DNA of 64,000 bases, from NCBI GenBank assembly GCA_047495785.1, contig JBLDXI010000025.1, positions 2,356,001 to 2,420,000 on the forward strand, written 5' to 3'. The stretch's first letter is position 1. The number at the start of each line of letters is the position of its first letter. Positions 61,658 to 64,000 of this stretch are shown here, piece by piece. The stretch comes from Lepidodermella squamata. Taxonomy: Eukaryota; Animalia; Gastrotricha. A program made the position numbers and the translations under genes. The notes beneath the pieces are model-generated. The model ran no database searches. It saw only the letters and a list, made by a program, of their open reading frames with translations, and had not been told where the DNA came from.

Positions 61658-62464
61658 TTAGGTCGAAGAGCTGTTGTTGAAAGGTAAGACGGTAGCGACA
61701 GGTTGTAGTGCGATGGAGCGTTGCATGATGCCCGGCCATTTACTATTCGCACCTTCCTGCTGACCATTAAGAACATCGATGACTGATGCCCATGGAATTT
61801 TCTGAGCGTGTTGATAGGGTGGAGGTACGACGTTCTGCATTTCTACTGAGACCCTACGACCTGCCCGAAGTAAAAGGTAGAATATGTGCCGCAGGTTTAC
61901 GCTGACACCATTAAAGTTTTTTAACAAATCGTAAAATAAATGTTGGATGTAGATATATCGGCCTTCGGTGTAGGTAGGGTGTGCCGTTAGGCCATACCAG
62001 AAACTTTCTTCCAGGCCAGACACAATAATAGGGTTAGGGCTATCGTCGAGGCAATCATCCAAAAGGTAATCACTTTCAGTAAAAATAATTGAGTGACAAA
62101 TGGACGACCATAAATCATCCTGGCGAACAAGGAGCGTGGTAGTATCATTTAGGATGCTCTTCCATAAATCATGCCCAACGATGGAAGCACAGGTAGCTAA
62201 ATTATATTCGGCAAAATGTTGAAAATTCGTGCCATCGTGGGTTGATGGGAAGAGACGAGCAACGGCTCTTTTGTAGCCGAGATAAACATGATCGATAGTA
62301 ATATGTTGGCCTTTCGAGTTGGCAATCAAATCGAATATGGCGACTTCAGCGAATGTAATGCGTCCAGAGAGGGTATTTAGTGATATATTTAATGATTTCG
62401 GAGGAAAAAGTAAATCTTCTCGGTAGAAAATCGCTTCATAAGATTCATCATAGCCAATAATCAT
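61658..62464 (-). CDS. Hypothetical protein (268 aa)
   Basis: Long ATG-initiated ORF of globular composition inside the TIRs. No motif recognised. Confidence 0.65.
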   Translation of the reverse strand: MIIGYDESYEAIFYREDLLFPPKSLNISLNTLSGRITFAEVAIFDLIANSKGQHITIDHVYLGYKRAVARLFPSTHDGTNFQHFAEYNLATCASIVGHDLWKSILNDTTTLLVRQDDLWSSICHSIIFTESDYLLDDCLDDSPNPIIVSGLEESFWYGLTAHPTYTEGRYIYIQHLFYDLLKNFNGVSVNLRHIFYLLLRAGRRVSVEMQNVVPPPYQHAQKIPWASVIDVLNGQQEGANSKWPGIMQRSIALQPVATVLPFNNSSST

Positions 62465-62544
62465 AGCAACTTATTTGACCTTGCTATCCCTACCTTAATC
62501 TTTGCTTTTATTCGATTTTCCTTGAGTAAAAAAATGTTTCTTAT

Positions 62545-62790
62545 ATTTTTTAGATTACAGTTAAGTTGGATTGATAGGAGAAAGTAAAGTTTATTTACAA
62601 AACAAGTTAATGGACATATCAGGAAAGAAAGGAGTATTTATAAATGCTAATGGCCAAAGTAAAAAATATTTATTATATTTTAGATTAAAGTTAAGGGGGA
62701 TTGATAGGAGAAAGTAATGTTTATTTACAAAAAAGGTTAATGGAAAGTAAGGTGTATTTATATAAGCTAATGGACAAAGCAGGAAAAAAG
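62545..62790. repeat. 130-bp imperfect tandem duplication in a divergent intergenic region
   Basis: GGATTGATAGGAGAAAGTAA.GTTTATTTACAAAA...GTTAATGGA...GTATTTATA...GCTAATGG.CAAAG occurs twice (TTGATAGGAG at 62571 and 62701). Confidence 0.8.
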
Positions 62791-62857
62791 ATGAGCTAGC
62801 TTGAGTTCTTAGATTACTGTATCTAATCAAGTATCTTTTTGGAAACTAAGAAAATTG

Positions 62858-63133
62858 ATGGAAGCAGAAGACATGTAAGTTTGGTTCTTTTTTAAAAAAT
62901 CTTGAATAAATTCTGTTATGTTTAGTCGTGAACGCTTATATCAAGCACTGCTAAGCATTGACCATCTGCAACGAGCAATGACAGCAGCTATAAACGAAAT
63001 GTTGAACACACAATTGGAGGTTGAACAATTGATCAATGATGCATCACGATTTATGATAGCAACTCGAGCAAGAGATCAGGCATGCAGCCTAGATTGTGGT
63101 GATTGGAATTGTAATTACTGTTACAAAGATTGA
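62858..63133 (+). CDS. Small helical protein with Cys-rich tail (74 aa); exons 62858-62874, 62926-63133
   Basis: ATG GAA GCA GAA GAC AT|GTAAGT...TTTAG|T CGT gives MEAEDIRERLYQ...CSLDCGDWNCNYCYKD. AATAAA follows the stop. Confidence 0.65.
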
Positions 63134-63314
63134 AAAATTAAAAATAAATTATCATGTGTGCATTTTTTATATTACAAATTAATTCCCAGAAAGAATGCAA
63201 AAGCATGACTCATAATAGTTTTAGAAAAAAAGTATGCCCGCTGTATATTTTATCATAAACATTGCGTACATTTATGGGGCAATGGATAAAACGCACTTAT
63301 ATATTTATGTGAAA

Positions 63315-63499
63315 CGGTTATAGTAAAAATGACCGTAGTGCTATTACTGATACAACGCTCGTATATTTATGCCAAATGGCTATAGTAAAAATCGCCGTAC
63401 TGCCATTACTGATCCCAAATTGCGTATATTTATACCAAACGGCTATAGTAAAAATCGCCGTACTGCCATTACTGATCCAAAGTTCCCATCCTTACTACT
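63315..63499 (-). repeat. Right terminal inverted repeat with about 3 copies of the 63-bp unit
   Basis: Reverse complement of 44094-44280, near-perfect distally and diverging inward. Confidence 0.92.
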
Positions 63500-64000
63500 C
63501 AAGAGTTCGCTTTCTGTCGGGCGTGCGATATTTATTAGAGGCGATAGCGCGGTCTCTTATACGCGAAGATGACGCGCGGTGTCATGATGTCGGTCGTCAA
63601 ATCACCGGAAGCGCCTGCTCTGTATTTTGCTGCCCAGTTATGTTTTCATTCATTCATTCCTTCATTTATTCATTCATCACCATCGGCGCGGGATTTCTAA
63701 TCGAAAATCGCGCCAGGCCACCCACCCGCCCGGCCGCGGCCGGCAATCTAAATTCTGTGCGGCACAAACGTGGCGCGCCGGTTTGCCGGCGTTTGGCTTG
63801 TTGCCGTTTTTGTTGTTGAAACGCCTTGTTGAAACATTAATGCCAACCGCTTGACCTCATCAGTTTTTGTAGCAATATCGGTTCAGTAGGATGACACCAG
63901 GGCCGACGCTACCCGGTCTGGTTGCGATGGCGTCATTATTTTCCGACACCCGTTTTTAACTACTATGCCCTATGTCCGGATCCGCGACGGCCGTGATTAC

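Larger units (their letters stand above)
44094..63499. mobile_element. Polinton/Maverick (endogenous polintovirus), 19,406 bp
   Basis: Inverted termini AGTAGTAAGGATGGGAACTTTGGATCAGTAAT ... ATTACTGATCCAAAGTTCCCATCCTTACTACT. Encodes pPolB, RVE integrase, MCP, penton, cysteine protease and packaging ATPase. Confidence 0.97.

Noticed and set aside
63369-63854. ORFs with 21-aa repeats crossing the right terminus
   Set aside because: They are translations of the 63-bp TIR unit plus flanking DNA and a TTCA microsatellite.
1-64000. Assigning the host species or phylum
   Set aside because: Gene content indicates an animal with compact introns, but nothing I can read here is diagnostic without a database search.

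Overview
Eukaryotic (animal, probably invertebrate) genomic DNA with very short introns of about 48-62 bp. Positions 1-44 kb are host genes: a cluster of secreted Kunitz and PAN/Apple proteins, three catalytically dead trypsin-fold genes fused to atypical 'D(Y/F)GxC' Kunitz-like domains, an intronless hillarin-like LIM/transglutaminase gene, an M13 neprilysin, a TA-flanked non-autonomous DNA transposon, and a tandem array of divergent nuclear-receptor-like genes. Positions 44094-63499 hold a 19.4-kb Polinton/Maverick element with TIRs (AGTAGT...ACTACT). It carries the core set: protein-primed PolB, integrase with chromodomain, major and minor capsid, adenain-type protease and packaging ATPase. 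Two things stand out. First, its genes are broken by about 18 host-sized GT-AG introns (51-62 bp), several inside catalytic motifs. Second, it carries cargo more typical of large DNA viruses: a TBP homologue, a PC4-like protein, dUTPase, deoxynucleoside kinase and a RING protein. The flanks show no target-site duplication. All exon structures were read manually and no database search was run, so family names rest on recognised motifs.
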